Positions 1-10,985 of a stretch of 64,000 bases of DNA are shown one piece after another. The notes under the pieces are model-generated. The model worked only from the letters and a program-made list of their open reading frames with translations. It ran no database searches and had not been told where the DNA came from. The translations under genes and the position numbers were made by a program. Positions within the stretch are counted from its first letter, which is position 1; each line of letters starts with the position of its first letter. Origin of the DNA: an uncultured Alphaproteobacteria bacterium (GTDB lineage: Bacteria; Pseudomonadota; Alphaproteobacteria; Rs-D84); NCBI GenBank assembly GCA_949082785.1, contig CARVLU010000002.1, forward strand, positions 4,993 to 68,992, given 5' to 3'.

Positions 1-1198
1 CACTGGTTCCGCCGATAACCAACGGCATCCCCAAATGTGTGTTCAAGATAATCGGCACAACACAGACCACAATCAGGTACAAAACACCAATCGCTGTTGT
101 GCGCGACACCACGGCATCCAGATAATGAACGGTTTGTTCACCCGGACGAACACCTGGGATATATCCGCCAGCATTTTTCAAATTGTTGCTGGTTTCTTCG
201 GAATTAAAGATAACGGCGGTCTGGAAATACGCAAAGAACGCAATCAACAGTGTGTACAGCGCCAGATATGTCCATGTGCCATATGTAAAGAATCCCATGA
301 TATTTTGCACGACTAGGCTTTCGCTTTGGACAAAGCGCTGAACAAATGCCGGCAACATCATGATACTGGCCGCAAAGACGGGGCCCATAACGCCGGACAT
401 GTTCACCTTGATCGGTAAATAAGACGCGTTGGTGTTCATCACCCCGTTCGCCATGACTTGGCGCGGGTACAGAATCTGGATACGACGCTGGGCCTGTTCA
501 AAGAATGCAATCAATGCAACGATGCCAACGACAAAGCCCGCAATCAGCGCAATCATTGCCGGGGACATCTGACCGACCGAACCCAACGAAAATACTTTGG
601 CGATACCGCCGGGAATTTCCGCAACAATCCCCGCGAAAATCAACAGGGATGCGCCCTGGCCGATACCGCGCGCGGTGATTTGTTCGGCCAACCACATAAC
701 AAAAACCGTACCGCCGACCAATGCGATAATCGCCGACAATTCAAATGCAAACCCGGGGTTGATAACCGCCGCAATCCCATTAACCGGCGCCATAGATTCC
801 AGCCCGCGAACCACGGCCCAACCCTGGACCACGGCCAAAAATACGGCCAGATAGCGTGTGTATTGGTTAATTTTGATACGGCCTGATTCCCCTTCTTTGC
901 GCAATTCACCCAAAGATTTGCTGGTTGCGGTCAACAATTGCAAAACGATGGACGCGGAAATATACGGAAAGATGTTCAGCGCCAGCACCGACATACGCGA
1001 CAGTGAACCGCCCGAAAACATGTCGAACATTCCCATCATGCCGTTGTCACCGGTGAACAAGTGCAAAACCGCCGACGCATTCACGCCCGGCAACGGGATA
1101 AAGGAACCGATACGATAAACAATCAACGCCCCCAGTGTGAACAGGATGCGCTTTTGCAAATCAGACAGGTTTCCAAAAAAATCTTTAAAAAACTTCAT
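1..1198 (-). CDS. secY: Preprotein translocase SecY (partial; 3' end lies beyond window start)
   Basis: rc of 1141-1198 translates MKFFKDFFGNLSDLQKRILFTLGALI, ATG at complement 1196-1198, no stop before window edge; last gene of the ribosomal operon. Confidence 0.85.
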   Translation of the reverse strand, partial: MKFFKDFFGNLSDLQKRILFTLGALIVYRIGSFIPLPGVNASAVLHLFTGDNGMMGMFDMFSGGSLSRMSVLALNIFPYISASIVLQLLTATSKSLGELRKEGESGRIKINQYTRYLAVFLAVVQGWAVVRGLESMAPVNGIAAVINPGFAFELSAIIALVGGTVFVMWLAEQITARGIGQGASLLIFAGIVAEIPGGIAKVFSLGSVGQMSPAMIALIAGFVVGIVALIAFFEQAQRRIQILYPRQVMANGVMNTNASYLPIKVNMSGVMGPVFAASIMMLPAFVQRFVQSESLVVQNIMGFFTYGTWTYLALYTLLIAFFAYFQTAVIFNSEETSNNLKNAGGYIPGVRPGEQTVHYLDAVVSRTTAIGVLYLIVVCVVPIILNTHLGMPLVIGGTS

Positions 1199-1219
1199 TC
1201 TACCGTATCTCTCTCTAAT

Positions 1220-1633
1220 TTAATTATTGCAGACCGCGACCGCGTAATCGCCCGTCATATCTTCTGCTGTGCCATAAAACACGCGATACGCACAGCTGGT
1301 CATTTCCGGATTCTGGGCCAAAACCGAAACCGGGACAATGTTGACCAAAATAAACCCATCCTGGACATATTGAACCGGATTTTCAACCGATGCAAATGTT
1401 GTCGTGTGCGCCTTGGTCGCGATATCAATTAATTCCGGTGTGGCCGGAATTTTGACCAATGCGCCACCATCTTCGCCAACGGCAACCACCGGTTGGCCAT
1501 TCAGGGCGGCGGACAAAACCGCAAAATCCTGGGCATTGGTGGGTTCGGCCGGTGTGGAAACTTTCCGGGTTGCCCAGAAAATTCCCAACAATACCACCAA
1601 CGCAATCCCCAACACCAACAGAATTTTTTTCAT
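1220..1633 (-). CDS. Hypothetical small protein with N-terminal hydrophobic anchor/signal, inserted between rplO and secY
   Basis: 137-aa ORF MKKILLVLGIALVVLLGIFWA...; sits where rplO normally abuts secY. Confidence 0.5.
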   Translation of the reverse strand: MKKILLVLGIALVVLLGIFWATRKVSTPAEPTNAQDFAVLSAALNGQPVVAVGEDGGALVKIPATPELIDIATKAHTTTFASVENPVQYVQDGFILVNIVPVSVLAQNPEMTSCAYRVFYGTAEDMTGDYAVAVCNN

Positions 1634-1668
1634 GTCCGCCCCCTTCCCTGGCTTCCTGGTTCAGGTTA

Positions 1669-2127
1669 TTATTTGTTCTTGATCGAACCGCCCGCTTTGA
1701 CAATCGCTTCTTCGGCGGCCTTGGACCATTTGTCAGCAACAACGTTAACGGCTGTTTTGATTTCACCCTTTGCCAGGACTTTCAAGCCCGACATTTTACG
1801 GTTGATGATTTTCGCCGCCATCAAGGAATCAATTGTAACCGGTGCCTTGGCATCGATTTTGCCCGCGGCAATAAATTTTTCAATATCGCCCAGGTTGATT
1901 GTGACATATTCTTTGGCAAACGGATTGTTGAAACCAAACTTCGGAAAACGACGCAAAATCGGCATCTGGCCCCCTTGGAATGTTGCCTGTTTACGCGCAC
2001 CGCTGCGTGCTTTCTGCCCTTTGTGACCACGGCCGGCTGTTTTACCACTGCCCGAACCAATACCACGACCGACGCGTTTCACGTCTGCTCTGGCACCAAA
2101 ATTATCCATCAATGCATTCAGTTTCAT
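1669..2127 (-). CDS. rplO: 50S ribosomal protein L15
   Basis: MKLNALMDNFGARADVKRVGRGIGSGSGKTAGRGHKG; operon position. Confidence 0.95.
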   Translation of the reverse strand: MKLNALMDNFGARADVKRVGRGIGSGSGKTAGRGHKGQKARSGARKQATFQGGQMPILRRFPKFGFNNPFAKEYVTINLGDIEKFIAAGKIDAKAPVTIDSLMAAKIINRKMSGLKVLAKGEIKTAVNVVADKWSKAAEEAIVKAGGSIKNK

Positions 2128-2245
2128 TTTTAATATCCTTTATATTCCTGCATAGAATTCCGGGCTGTCCCGGCATTCTATTTGATTACATATGTAATCT
2201 TTTTGCGCACGCAGACAAGTGTGGTCTGCGTACTCGGTTTAATTT

Positions 2246-2425
2246 TTATTCAGCCACAACTTCGACCAAGTGGGACACCTTTGCAATCATGCCACGCACA
2301 GCCGGTGTGTCATTGACTTCTTTGCTTTTACCGATACGGCCCAGGCCCAATGCTTTGATAACTTTGCACTGCGCTTCGGGGCGACCGATGATGCTTTTAA
2401 TCTGCTTTACAACAATTTTTGCCAT
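2246..2425 (-). CDS. rpmD: 50S ribosomal protein L30
   Basis: Not in ORF track; rc translation MAKIVVKQIKSIIGRPEAQCKVIKALGLGRIGKSKEVNDTPAVRGMIAKVSHLVEVVAE* between rpsE and rplO. Confidence 0.85.
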   Translation of the reverse strand: MAKIVVKQIKSIIGRPEAQCKVIKALGLGRIGKSKEVNDTPAVRGMIAKVSHLVEVVAE

Positions 2426-2475
2426 AATTAAAACACTCCGTTTTTTGCCGTCCGCCCGTGTGGGCGGATGACATA

Positions 2476-3036
2476 TTATTTATCTTCCCCGGCATCTGCC
2501 GCATCAGCTTTCTTGCCATCACGGCCGGCGATAATTTCAGCCACGGATTTGCCGCGACGTGCCGCAACAGTTTTCGGCGAATTCATTTTAGAGAACGCCA
2601 AGAACGCCGCACGAATCATGTTGTTGGGATTGTTGGAACCCTGGGATTTCACAACGACGTCCTGAACGCCCAAGCATTCAAAGACCGCGCGCAACGCCCC
2701 ACCGGCAATGATACCGGTCCCGGGAACCGCACTGCGAACAACCAATTTGCTGGCGCCGTATTTGGCGGCGCTGTCGTGGTGCAGTGTGCGACCTTCTTTC
2801 AGGGGGACGCGAATCATTTTCGCCTTGGCAGCCTTGGTCGCCTTTTGCACAGCCGACTGAACTTCCAACGCTTTACCTTTGCCAAAGCCGACCTTGCCAG
2901 CCTTGTCCCCGACCACAACCAGGGCCGAGAAAGACATATTGCGACCGCCCTTAACCGTTTTGGAAACGCGGTTAATCGAAACCAGTTTATCTACCAGGTT
3001 ATCCGTCTGCAATTTTTTATCATCAAAACGTGCCAT
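2476..3036 (-). CDS. rpsE: 30S ribosomal protein S5
   Basis: 186 aa, ...[21 protein letters not shown]... Confidence 0.95.
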   Translation of the reverse strand: MARFDDKKLQTDNLVDKLVSINRVSKTVKGGRNMSFSALVVVGDKAGKVGFGKGKALEVQSAVQKATKAAKAKMIRVPLKEGRTLHHDSAAKYGASKLVVRSAVPGTGIIAGGALRAVFECLGVQDVVVKSQGSNNPNNMIRAAFLAFSKMNSPKTVAARRGKSVAEIIAGRDGKKADAADAGEDK

Positions 3037-3054
3037 TTATGTACTCCGTAATTC

Positions 3055-3411
3055 TTAGATTCTAACGCCGCCTGCACGGATTGCTTCGCACAGCGCCTTT
3101 ACGCGACCATGATAACGATAACCGCCACGATCGAAATAACAATTTTCTGCAATGTTGGCCTTAATCGCGCGTTCCGCAAAGGCTTTGCCAACCAATTCAG
3201 CGCCCGCAACATTCCAACCCTTGCCATTGAACCCTTTTTCCTTGGACGACGCGGCGCAAACCGTGTGGCCCTTGACATCATCAATAGCCTGGATTTCAAT
3301 ATGACGACCCGAGCGGAATACAGACAAACGAATTTTGCCAGGATTTTTTCTTTTCAGCGCACCGCGATTTGCCAGCGTGCGTCTTTCTTCACTAGACAAA
3401 TGTTTTAACAT
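3055..3411 (-). CDS. rplR: 50S ribosomal protein L18
   Basis: 118 aa, operon position, L18-like. Confidence 0.95.
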   Translation of the reverse strand: MLKHLSSEERRTLANRGALKRKNPGKIRLSVFRSGRHIEIQAIDDVKGHTVCAASSKEKGFNGKGWNVAGAELVGKAFAERAIKANIAENCYFDRGGYRYHGRVKALCEAIRAGGVRI

Positions 3412-3554
3412 TTTATTTCCTTTTTTGATATTCCCGTAACAGCGGAAATTATTTTTTGTTTTGGTTGTTCCGTTGCCAGAATGCCATCTGCCTGAATTTT
3501 TGCCCCAGGTTCAGGGCAAAACATTTACAGGCCATCAGCACTTTCCACAACAGA

Positions 3555-4106
3555 TTATTTCTTTTTACCTTCCTTGCGGCGGATTTTTTCGCCCTTATAG
3601 AAGATGCCCTTACCTTTGTACGGGTCGGCCTTGCGGACCTTGTGCACTTTGTCGGCGAACTGGCCAACCAGGCATTTGTCCATACCCTTGATAACAAATT
3701 CTGTCGGGGTCGCGCCCATTTCCACGGTCAAGCCCGCCGGAATCGGCATAATAACGTCGTGGGAATAACCGGCAACCAAGACCAGTTCATTGCCCTTAAC
3801 AGACGCTTTGTAACCAACGCCCTTCATATACATTTCTTTGGCAAAGCCGTCAGAAACACCGATAACCGCCGCCTTGATATTGCGGGTCATTGTGCCCCAC
3901 ATGGCGCGCGATGCCTTATCTTCGGCATCTTTGGGTGTAATAACAACTTCGGACCCTTCGATGCGGATATCAACCAATCCGGCATTTTTCGAATCCAACG
4001 CGATTTTCAATTCGCCTTTGGGTCCCTTGACCACCAAGGCATTATCAACAACTGCAACGGATACGCCGTCTTTCAGTTGAACTGGATATTTTCCTGCACG
4101 AGACAT
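3555..4106 (-). CDS. rplF: 50S ribosomal protein L6
   Basis: 183 aa MSRAGKYPVQL... Confidence 0.95.
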   Translation of the reverse strand: MSRAGKYPVQLKDGVSVAVVDNALVVKGPKGELKIALDSKNAGLVDIRIEGSEVVITPKDAEDKASRAMWGTMTRNIKAAVIGVSDGFAKEMYMKGVGYKASVKGNELVLVAGYSHDVIMPIPAGLTVEMGATPTEFVIKGMDKCLVGQFADKVHKVRKADPYKGKGIFYKGEKIRRKEGKKK

Positions 4107-4139
4107 ATTAATTCCTTATATCTGATTGCCGAACAGCAA

Positions 4140-4538
4140 TTAAATTACCTTGCACAATACTTCGCCGCCAACATTCATCAAGCGTGCCTTGTGATCTGTC
4201 ATAACGCCGGCCGGTGTCGAAACGATTGCAACACCCAAACCGTTCAAAACTTTCGGCATTTTCGCGCTGCCGGAATAGACACGACGGCCCGGTTTGGACA
4301 CGACGGAAATTTCTTGGATGGCGCCGTTGCCGCCGACATATTTCAGTTCGACAACCAAATTCGCGCGTTTTTCATCAATTTGTTCTTTGCGGAAATCGGT
4401 GATGAAACCTTCTTCTTTCAGAACGGCCAAAACGGCTGCACGCAGTTTGCTGCACGGCATTGTGACAAATTCTTTGCCGGCGTTCTGCCCGTTACGGATA
4501 CGGGTCAACATATCTCCGATGGGATGTGATAATGACAT
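4140..4538 (-). CDS. rpsH: 30S ribosomal protein S8
   Basis: 132 aa MSLSHPIGDMLTRIRNGQ... Confidence 0.95.
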   Translation of the reverse strand: MSLSHPIGDMLTRIRNGQNAGKEFVTMPCSKLRAAVLAVLKEEGFITDFRKEQIDEKRANLVVELKYVGGNGAIQEISVVSKPGRRVYSGSAKMPKVLNGLGVAIVSTPAGVMTDHKARLMNVGGEVLCKVI

Positions 4539-4617
4539 ATTTTACTCCTTACAGTACCAGGGTGCCCCCTGTGTTTTTCTGTATCAGCTGCATTGTCCAC
4601 AGCTTAACTTGATTAAA

Positions 4618-4920
4618 TTACCAGCTGGACTTGCGAACACCCGGCAGTTTACCTTCGGACGCCATGGTGCGAACCTGTTGGCGACACAGCCCAAACATAC
4701 GCGAAAACCCGCGGGAACGTCCCGTGACCGAACAACGGTTACGCAAACGTGTCGGATTGGCATTACGCGGCAGCTTGGCCAATTTTTTCATCGCGTCCAT
4801 GCGTTCGTCAGGCGTGGCATTGACGGACATTTTTGCTTTGATTGCTTCGCGCTTCTTAGCATACTGAGCAACCAGCTTTTCACGTCTTTTTTGTTTATTG
4901 ATCAACGCTAATTTAGCCAT
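4618..4920 (-). CDS. rpsN: 30S ribosomal protein S14
   Basis: 100 aa [24 protein letters not shown]... Confidence 0.9.
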   Translation of the reverse strand: MAKLALINKQKRREKLVAQYAKKREAIKAKMSVNATPDERMDAMKKLAKLPRNANPTRLRNRCSVTGRSRGFSRMFGLCRQQVRTMASEGKLPGVRKSSW

Positions 4921-4938
4921 TTTTTTTCCTTACTCTTA

Positions 4939-5484
4939 TTATTTCAACACCAGCGGCAGGCCGATTTTTGTCAGCAATGCGCGTGCTTCTTCGTCTGTTT
5001 TTGCAGTTGTCGCGATGACAATGTCCATCCCGCGAATTGCATCGATTTTATCAACAGAAATTTCCGGGAAAATCAAATGTTCTTTGATACCAAAGGCATA
5101 GTTTCCACGACCGTCGAATTTGGATTTGGACAAACCACGAAAGTCCTTGACGCGCGGCAACGCAACCGTAATCAATTTATCCAAGAAATCATACATTCTT
5201 TTGCCACGCAGGGTAACCTTGGTACCGATGGGCTGGCCTTCGCGCAGGCGGTATGTCGCGATAGATTTCTTCGCGCGGGTAATAACGGACTTCTGTGCAG
5301 CAATCGCGGTCAAATCAGCCGCCGCCGCATCCAGTTTCTTTTTATCGGAAATCGCTTCGCCGACGCCCATGTTCAACACGATTTTGGACAGTTTCGGCAC
5401 AGCCAGTGTATTTGTGTAACCGAATTCTTTTACCAATTCGGGCACAATGTTTTTTTCATAAATTTCACGCAATCTGCTTTGCAT
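4939..5484 (-). CDS. rplE: 50S ribosomal protein L5
   Basis: 181 aa, operon position. Confidence 0.95.
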   Translation of the reverse strand: MQSRLREIYEKNIVPELVKEFGYTNTLAVPKLSKIVLNMGVGEAISDKKKLDAAAADLTAIAAQKSVITRAKKSIATYRLREGQPIGTKVTLRGKRMYDFLDKLITVALPRVKDFRGLSKSKFDGRGNYAFGIKEHLIFPEISVDKIDAIRGMDIVIATTAKTDEEARALLTKIGLPLVLK

Positions 5485-5532
5485 TTCTTAATCCTTAACG
5501 TTTTGGTCCCGTAACAGCGGGTCCCCAGTTTT

Positions 5533-5835
5533 TTAAATTTCGGCCCCAGATTTTCTAGAAATACGAACCTTTTTGCCCTGGTCCATTTTGAACCCGGCGC
5601 GTGTTGCTTTCTTGGTCTTTGGGTCAATCAAGGCAACATTCGACACATGCAGGGGTGCTTCGCGGTCAACGATATGACCCGGCTGTTCCTGTGTCGGCTT
5701 GATATGCCATTTGCGACGGTTAACACCTTCGACCACAACGCGAGATTCGGTTGGGCGCGCTTCCAGCACTTTGCCTTTGACGCCTTTGTATTTCCCCGTA
5801 ATAACTACGACTTCATCGCCTTTCTTAATTTTCAT
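5533..5835 (-). CDS. rplX: 50S ribosomal protein L24
   Basis: 100 aa MKIKKGDEVVVITGKYKG... Confidence 0.95.
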   Translation of the reverse strand: MKIKKGDEVVVITGKYKGVKGKVLEARPTESRVVVEGVNRRKWHIKPTQEQPGHIVDREAPLHVSNVALIDPKTKKATRAGFKMDQGKKVRISRKSGAEI

Positions 5836-5873
5836 TTTATAACCTTTTCTCTACTTCTGGCAGATGCCCAGTG

Positions 5874-6248
5874 TTAGATAACTTCCGGTGCCAAGGACAC
5901 GATTTTCTGAACGTCGTATTTGCGACGAACTTCGCGGGCGATGGGCCCGAAAATACGTGTACCAATCGGTTCGAAATTGTTCTTGTTAATCAAGACAACC
6001 GCATTGTCGTCAAAACGGATGATGGAACCATCAGCACGTTTGACCGGGAACTTGGTGCGCACGATGATTGCGCGCTGCACGGTACCCTTGGCAACTTTAC
6101 CACGTGGAATTGCTTCTTTGATGGCAACCACGATTTTGTCCCCAACAGTGGCATAGCGACGATGAGAACCGCCCAAAACCTTGATGCACATAGCTTTGCG
6201 TGCACCCGAGTTGTCAGCAACTGTCATAACTGTTTCATTCTGAATCAT
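5874..6248 (-). CDS. rplN: 50S ribosomal protein L14
   Basis: Track ORF starts 31 codons too early; canonical [18 protein letters not shown] start at complement 6246-6248. Confidence 0.9.
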   Translation of the reverse strand: MIQNETVMTVADNSGARKAMCIKVLGGSHRRYATVGDKIVVAIKEAIPRGKVAKGTVQRAIIVRTKFPVKRADGSIIRFDDNAVVLINKNNFEPIGTRIFGPIAREVRRKYDVQKIVSLAPEVI

Positions 6249-6355
6249 AACTTTAATCCTTGTCCTGCAAGCGGGGCCATCCCCCACCGCTTTGTTATAG
6301 GTCCCGACTGCCCTGCCCCGGTGACCGGGAAAGAACCTCAAAGAACCTGTGTGAT

Positions 6356-6625
6356 TTAGTCAACTACTTCGACGGCACCGTCTTTGGACACACCAACGCG
6401 GCCCTTAACCACCCAAGATTTTGTCTTGGAAATGGGACGATGTTCTTCGATTGCAACAATGTCACCAACTTTGAATTCGTTGGATTCATCGTGCGCCTTG
6501 TACTTTTTGTTCTGCTTTACGAACTTGCCGTACAGCGGGTGGCGGAAACGACGTTCCACTTCGACAACGACAGTTTTGTCGTTGGCTGTACTTGTAACCG
6601 TTCCTTGCAGTATACGTCTTGGCAT
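6356..6625 (-). CDS. rpsQ: 30S ribosomal protein S17
   Basis: 89 aa [12 protein letters not shown]... Confidence 0.9.
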   Translation of the reverse strand: MPRRILQGTVTSTANDKTVVVEVERRFRHPLYGKFVKQNKKYKAHDESNEFKVGDIVAIEEHRPISKTKSWVVKGRVGVSKDGAVEVVD

Positions 6626-6785
6626 AACTTATGTCCTTACTATTTCTACCATTCTTGGTGCGCATGCCCGGTTTTATTGGCGGGCGGCGCCCCAAAAACA
6701 GGTCTTTTTTTTGTTCTACCTGTCTGATTTCTGTCTTATGACCCGGTCAAATGTACCAGTCATAAATAAAAAATCAAGCTTTTTC

Positions 6786-6989
6786 TTACTTCGCAGCGTT
6801 TAACTTTGTCTTGACGCGGGCGATTTCACGACGGGTTTGACGAATAACGTGTGTTTTCGGCAACAGACCAGTCGCATGTTGAAAGCGCTGATTCATCTGT
6901 TCTTTTTTCAAATCAACCAGCTTGCTCTGCAATGCTTCGGCTGTCAAAGCTTCTTTTTCTGCTGTGTTTTTAGCGTTTTTTTCTGCCAT
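6786..6989 (-). CDS. rpmC: 50S ribosomal protein L29
   Basis: 67 aa, operon position. Confidence 0.85.
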   Translation of the reverse strand: MAEKNAKNTAEKEALTAEALQSKLVDLKKEQMNQRFQHATGLLPKTHVIRQTRREIARVKTKLNAAK

Positions 6990-7034
6990 CTCTACTTACC
7001 TTTGTTGCACCGGGTCCGGGTGGACCCGTTCATT

Positions 7035-7448
7035 TTAGTTCATCTTGCGTTCAACGATTTTCGTTTTGACTGGCAATTTCGCCGCAGCCAAGGCAAAGGC
7101 TTCATACGCGACTTCGGGTTTTACACCGTCCAGTTCGAACATGATGCGGCCCGGTTTCACGCGGCAAATCCAGTATTCGACCGCCCCTTTACCTTTACCC
7201 ATACGGACTTCGGCCGGCTTCTTGGTAACCGGAACGTCCGGGAATACGCGAATCCACAGTTTACCCATACGCTTCATGTGACGCGTAATGGCACGACGTG
7301 CAGCTTCGATTTGACGCGCCGTGATACGTTCCGGCGACATAGCTTTCAGCCCAAAGGAACCGAACGCCAATTCACTGCCCCCTTTGGTGACACCGTGGAT
7401 GCGGCCTTTGTGCTGTTTGCGAAATTTTGTTTTATTTGGCATTAACAT
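7035..7448 (-). CDS. rplP: 50S ribosomal protein L16
   Basis: 137 aa [16 protein letters not shown]... Confidence 0.95.
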   Translation of the reverse strand: MLMPNKTKFRKQHKGRIHGVTKGGSELAFGSFGLKAMSPERITARQIEAARRAITRHMKRMGKLWIRVFPDVPVTKKPAEVRMGKGKGAVEYWICRVKPGRIMFELDGVKPEVAYEAFALAAAKLPVKTKIVERKMN

Positions 7449-7482
7449 GATACAAATCCTTCAATTTAAGCGGTATTTAGAC

Positions 7483-8184
7483 TTATTTGCTTCTTCTTTC
7501 GCTGCTGCCGGCATATTCTGTCGGACGGGCCATTTCGGACGCCAGCTTTTCCTTGTTCACAACGTCGCCAGTGTAAATCCAAACTTTTACACCGATAACG
7601 CCGTATGTGGTTTTGGCCTGGATTGACGCATAGTCAATGTCCGCACGCAATGTGTGCAAAGGAATACGACCTTCGCGGATTTGTTCACTGCGGGCGATTT
7701 CCGCACCATTCAAACGACCCGAGCACATAACTTTGATACCCTGGGCGCCGGCCTTGGATGCATTCTGAACAGCTTTCTTCATGGCGCGTTTAAAGGAAAC
7801 GCGGCCTTCGATTTGCTGCGCGATGTTCAATGCAACCAATTGTGCATTCAAATCCGGACGACGAACTTCATAGATGTTAACAACAACCTGGTCGTTTTTA
7901 ACCAGCTTCTTGATGTCGTTGCGCAGTGTTTCGATATCGGCGCCGTTTTTACCGATAATCATACCCGGACGGGATGTGTGGATTGTGACCACAACTTTCT
8001 TGGCAAAGCGTTCGATAACAACTTTGGCCAAGCCAGCTTTTTTCAGTTTCTTTTCAACAAATTTGCGAATCTTAATATCTTCGGCCAACAGGTTGGCATA
8101 ATCCTTTTTGCCCGCAATCCAGCGAGAATCAGTGATTTTATTAATAAATTCGCGTAACGAAATCGGCGATACTTTCTGTCCCAT
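7483..8184 (-). CDS. rpsC: 30S ribosomal protein S3
   Basis: 233 aa MGQKVSPISLR... Confidence 0.95.
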   Translation of the reverse strand: MGQKVSPISLREFINKITDSRWIAGKKDYANLLAEDIKIRKFVEKKLKKAGLAKVVIERFAKKVVVTIHTSRPGMIIGKNGADIETLRNDIKKLVKNDQVVVNIYEVRRPDLNAQLVALNIAQQIEGRVSFKRAMKKAVQNASKAGAQGIKVMCSGRLNGAEIARSEQIREGRIPLHTLRADIDYASIQAKTTYGVIGVKVWIYTGDVVNKEKLASEMARPTEYAGSSERRSK

Positions 8185-8276
8185 TTTCTTTTTTCCTTAC
8201 ATTTATTAATGGCGAATGTTCTTGAAGCATATAGCTTTATTCAGGAATGGGTATTCCATACCACTCGCCATGGCTC

Positions 8277-8684
8277 TTACTTGCTTTTTGCTTCTTTTTT
8301 AGCAGCTTTTTTGGTCGGCGCAACACCGGATTCCAAGACGATTGTCAAATTGGAAAACGGTTTCAAAATCGGACGCGCACTGCCGCGCGGGCCCGCCATG
8401 ATGCGCTTCATCGTCAGCGCCTTGCCACACCAAATTTCTTTGATGAACAGGCTGTCCGCCGGCAGGTTTTTGTTGTGTTCCGCGTTTGCAACCGCAGACA
8501 ACAAAGTCTTTAAAACTTCGCCGGACACGCGCTTTTTTGAAAATTTCAAGACATCAATCGCACGGTCAACGGGCATGCCGCGAACCATTGCGCAAACCAG
8601 ATTCAGTTTCTGATGGCTGACGCGAATCAATTTGTTGAACGCGCGGACCTGATTATCTTTAATTCCATATCTTGTCGTTGTCAT
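8277..8684 (-). CDS. rplV: 50S ribosomal protein L22
   Basis: 135 aa, operon position. Confidence 0.9.
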   Translation of the reverse strand: MTTTRYGIKDNQVRAFNKLIRVSHQKLNLVCAMVRGMPVDRAIDVLKFSKKRVSGEVLKTLLSAVANAEHNKNLPADSLFIKEIWCGKALTMKRIMAGPRGSARPILKPFSNLTIVLESGVAPTKKAAKKEAKSK

Positions 8685-8730
8685 AACTGTTTACCTTATT
8701 ATTTATGATTCCGCTGGGAATCAGAAATCC

Positions 8731-9015
8731 TTATTTCTTTCCGGCCGCGGCCTTTTTATTGGCGGCGTGCCCCTTAAAGGTGCGTGTCGGCGCGAATTCA
8801 CCCAACTTGTGGCCAATCATATCTTCGACGATAGAGACCGGGATAAATTTGTTACCGTTGTGCACTTCGAATGTCAAACCAACCATCGGCGGAACAATCG
8901 TGCTGCCGCGGGACCAAGTCTTGATTGGCTTATGGTCGTTGCTTGCATTCGCCGCAGCTGCCTTTTTCAAGACAGAAGGATGAACATAAGGACCTTTCCA
9001 AACTGAACGAGACAT
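8731..9015 (-). CDS. rpsS: 30S ribosomal protein S19
   Basis: Canonical [11 protein letters not shown] start at complement 9013-9015; track ORF is 14 codons over-extended. Confidence 0.9.
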   Translation of the reverse strand: MSRSVWKGPYVHPSVLKKAAAANASNDHKPIKTWSRGSTIVPPMVGLTFEVHNGNKFIPVSIVEDMIGHKLGEFAPTRTFKGHAANKKAAAGKK

Positions 9016-9069
9016 AAAAAACTCCGTTTTTCTTTGGTGCCGATGCCACTGGGGCACCGGCTACCTTAA

Positions 9070-9903
9070 TTATTTCTTCTTTGCCAAGTGTCTGCTGCGG
9101 ATAATCATCTTTGCAGTACGTTTGTTGCTACGTGTACGATAACCCTTGGCCGGGATACCAGTACGGGAAACCGGTGTGTGGCCCTTAGAGTGACCGTTAC
9201 CACCACCCATCGGGTGATCGACCGGGTTCATCGCCATACCACGGACGGACGGACGGATACCCAACCAACGGGCACGACCGGCCTTGCCCAAGTTGACGTT
9301 GCGCTGATCCGGGTTGGATACGCTGCCAACTGTCGCCAAGCAGTCAGAATGAACCTTGCGCAGTTCGCCGCTGTTCATTTTAATCTGGGCATAAACGCCG
9401 TCTTTACCCATCAACTGGGCATAGCAACCCGCACTGCGGGCCAACTGGCCGCCGGCGCCCGGCTTTAATTCAACGTTGTGAACAATTGTACCAATTGGCA
9501 TGTTCTTCAACGGCATTGCATTACCCGGCTTGATGTCTTCACGCTGGCCAGAAATGACAACGTCACCCGCCTTTAAATCGCGCGGCGCCAGGATATAGGA
9601 ACGAACGCCATCGGTGTATTCAATCAACGCGATAAACGCCGTACGGTTCGGGTCATATTCCAGACGAACAACCGTCGCCGGGATACCCGCTTTTTTGCGG
9701 CCAAAATCAATCAAGCGATATTTACGCTTGTGCCCGCCACCCTGGTGCGGAACAGTTACATGACCAAAATTATTACGTCCACCCTTGGACTTTAAACCAA
9801 CCGTCAAAGACTTTTCCGGTGCGCCGCGATGCAATTCGCTGCGATCGACCTGGGTCAAACCACGGGTCCCCGGTGTTGTTGGCTTGTAATGCTTCAATGC
9901 CAT
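9070..9903 (-). CDS. rplB: 50S ribosomal protein L2
   Basis: 277 aa. Confidence 0.95.
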   Translation of the reverse strand: MALKHYKPTTPGTRGLTQVDRSELHRGAPEKSLTVGLKSKGGRNNFGHVTVPHQGGGHKRKYRLIDFGRKKAGIPATVVRLEYDPNRTAFIALIEYTDGVRSYILAPRDLKAGDVVISGQREDIKPGNAMPLKNMPIGTIVHNVELKPGAGGQLARSAGCYAQLMGKDGVYAQIKMNSGELRKVHSDCLATVGSVSNPDQRNVNLGKAGRARWLGIRPSVRGMAMNPVDHPMGGGNGHSKGHTPVSRTGIPAKGYRTRSNKRTAKMIIRSRHLAKKK

Positions 9904-9976
9904 TTTTTTCTTACCTTTGTTTCTGCCTTGACACTAACGTCCAGTTAATCCGGATTCTCTGTCAAGGCACGTTCAC

Positions 9977-10309
9977 TTATACGTTTGCGGACAAATCCAA
10001 TGTGGCATCTGCCGGCAAAGATACGTATGCTTTTTTCACAGTGCGCTGTGTGCCAGTGCTGCGACCACGGAAAGTTTTAACCTTTCCTTTGACGACAACA
10101 ATGTTAACCTTGGTCGGTTTGACATTGTAAATGGCCTGAACCGCGCGGGCAACATCTTCTTTGGTTGCGTTGGCCGCAACTTCAAAGACAATCCCGTTGT
10201 TTTCAGACACTTTTGCCGCCTTTTCCGAGATAATCGGCCGACGCAGTATACCATAAGTACCAGCGGTCGCAACGATTTTTTTCTCTGTATTCACTTTTTT
10301 TTCTGCCAT
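9977..10309 (-). CDS. rplW: 50S ribosomal protein L23
   Basis: 110 aa, operon position. Confidence 0.85.
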   Translation of the reverse strand: MAEKKVNTEKKIVATAGTYGILRRPIISEKAAKVSENNGIVFEVAANATKEDVARAVQAIYNVKPTKVNIVVVKGKVKTFRGRSTGTQRTVKKAYVSLPADATLDLSANV

Positions 10310-10328
10310 TTTAATGACCCTTTAATTC

Positions 10329-10958
10329 TTACGCTAATCTTGCTTCCACCGCCTTGACCGCGTCTGCTGTCAAGACCAATTTTTCATGTTTCAGGATGTC
10401 CAAAACATTCAAACCAATTGTCGGCAGTGCATCGATGTTCGCGATGTTCGCCGCAGATTTTTTGAAGTTGTCATCCAACTGCTGGTCACCCACGAACAAC
10501 GCAGATGTCAGCCCCAGTTTGTTCAACTGTTTGGCAAACGCCGCAGTTTTCGCCGCCGGCAGTTTTTCGGAATCAATGATGATCAAGCTGCCGTCTTTGA
10601 CCTTGGAAGACAAAGCCATTTTCAGCCCCAGGCTGCGAATTTTCTTCGGCAAGTCGATTGCATGGTCGCGAACAACCGGTCCGTGAACCACACCACCGCC
10701 ACGCATGTGAACGTTTTTCTTTTCACCCTGACGTGCGTTACCGGTCTTTTTCTGTTTGAACGCCTTTTTGCTGCTGCCTTCGACGTCAGAAACAGTTTTA
10801 ACCGCATGTGTACCTGCGCGGGACTTTGCACGCTGCCAAGTAACGACGCGATGCAGGATGTCCGCACGCGGTTCAATCCCGAAGATGCTGTCGGCCAAGT
10901 CTGCTTTGCCGACTGCTTTGCCATCAAAATTAATAATGTCTAATTGCATTTTATTCAC
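10329..10958 (-). CDS. rplD: 50S ribosomal protein L4
   Basis: 209 aa. Confidence 0.9.
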   Translation of the reverse strand: MNKMQLDIINFDGKAVGKADLADSIFGIEPRADILHRVVTWQRAKSRAGTHAVKTVSDVEGSSKKAFKQKKTGNARQGEKKNVHMRGGGVVHGPVVRDHAIDLPKKIRSLGLKMALSSKVKDGSLIIIDSEKLPAAKTAAFAKQLNKLGLTSALFVGDQQLDDNFKKSAANIANIDALPTIGLNVLDILKHEKLVLTADAVKAVEARLA

Positions 10959-10985
10959 CTTACTCTTGCTGTCACTGTTCTTTTA

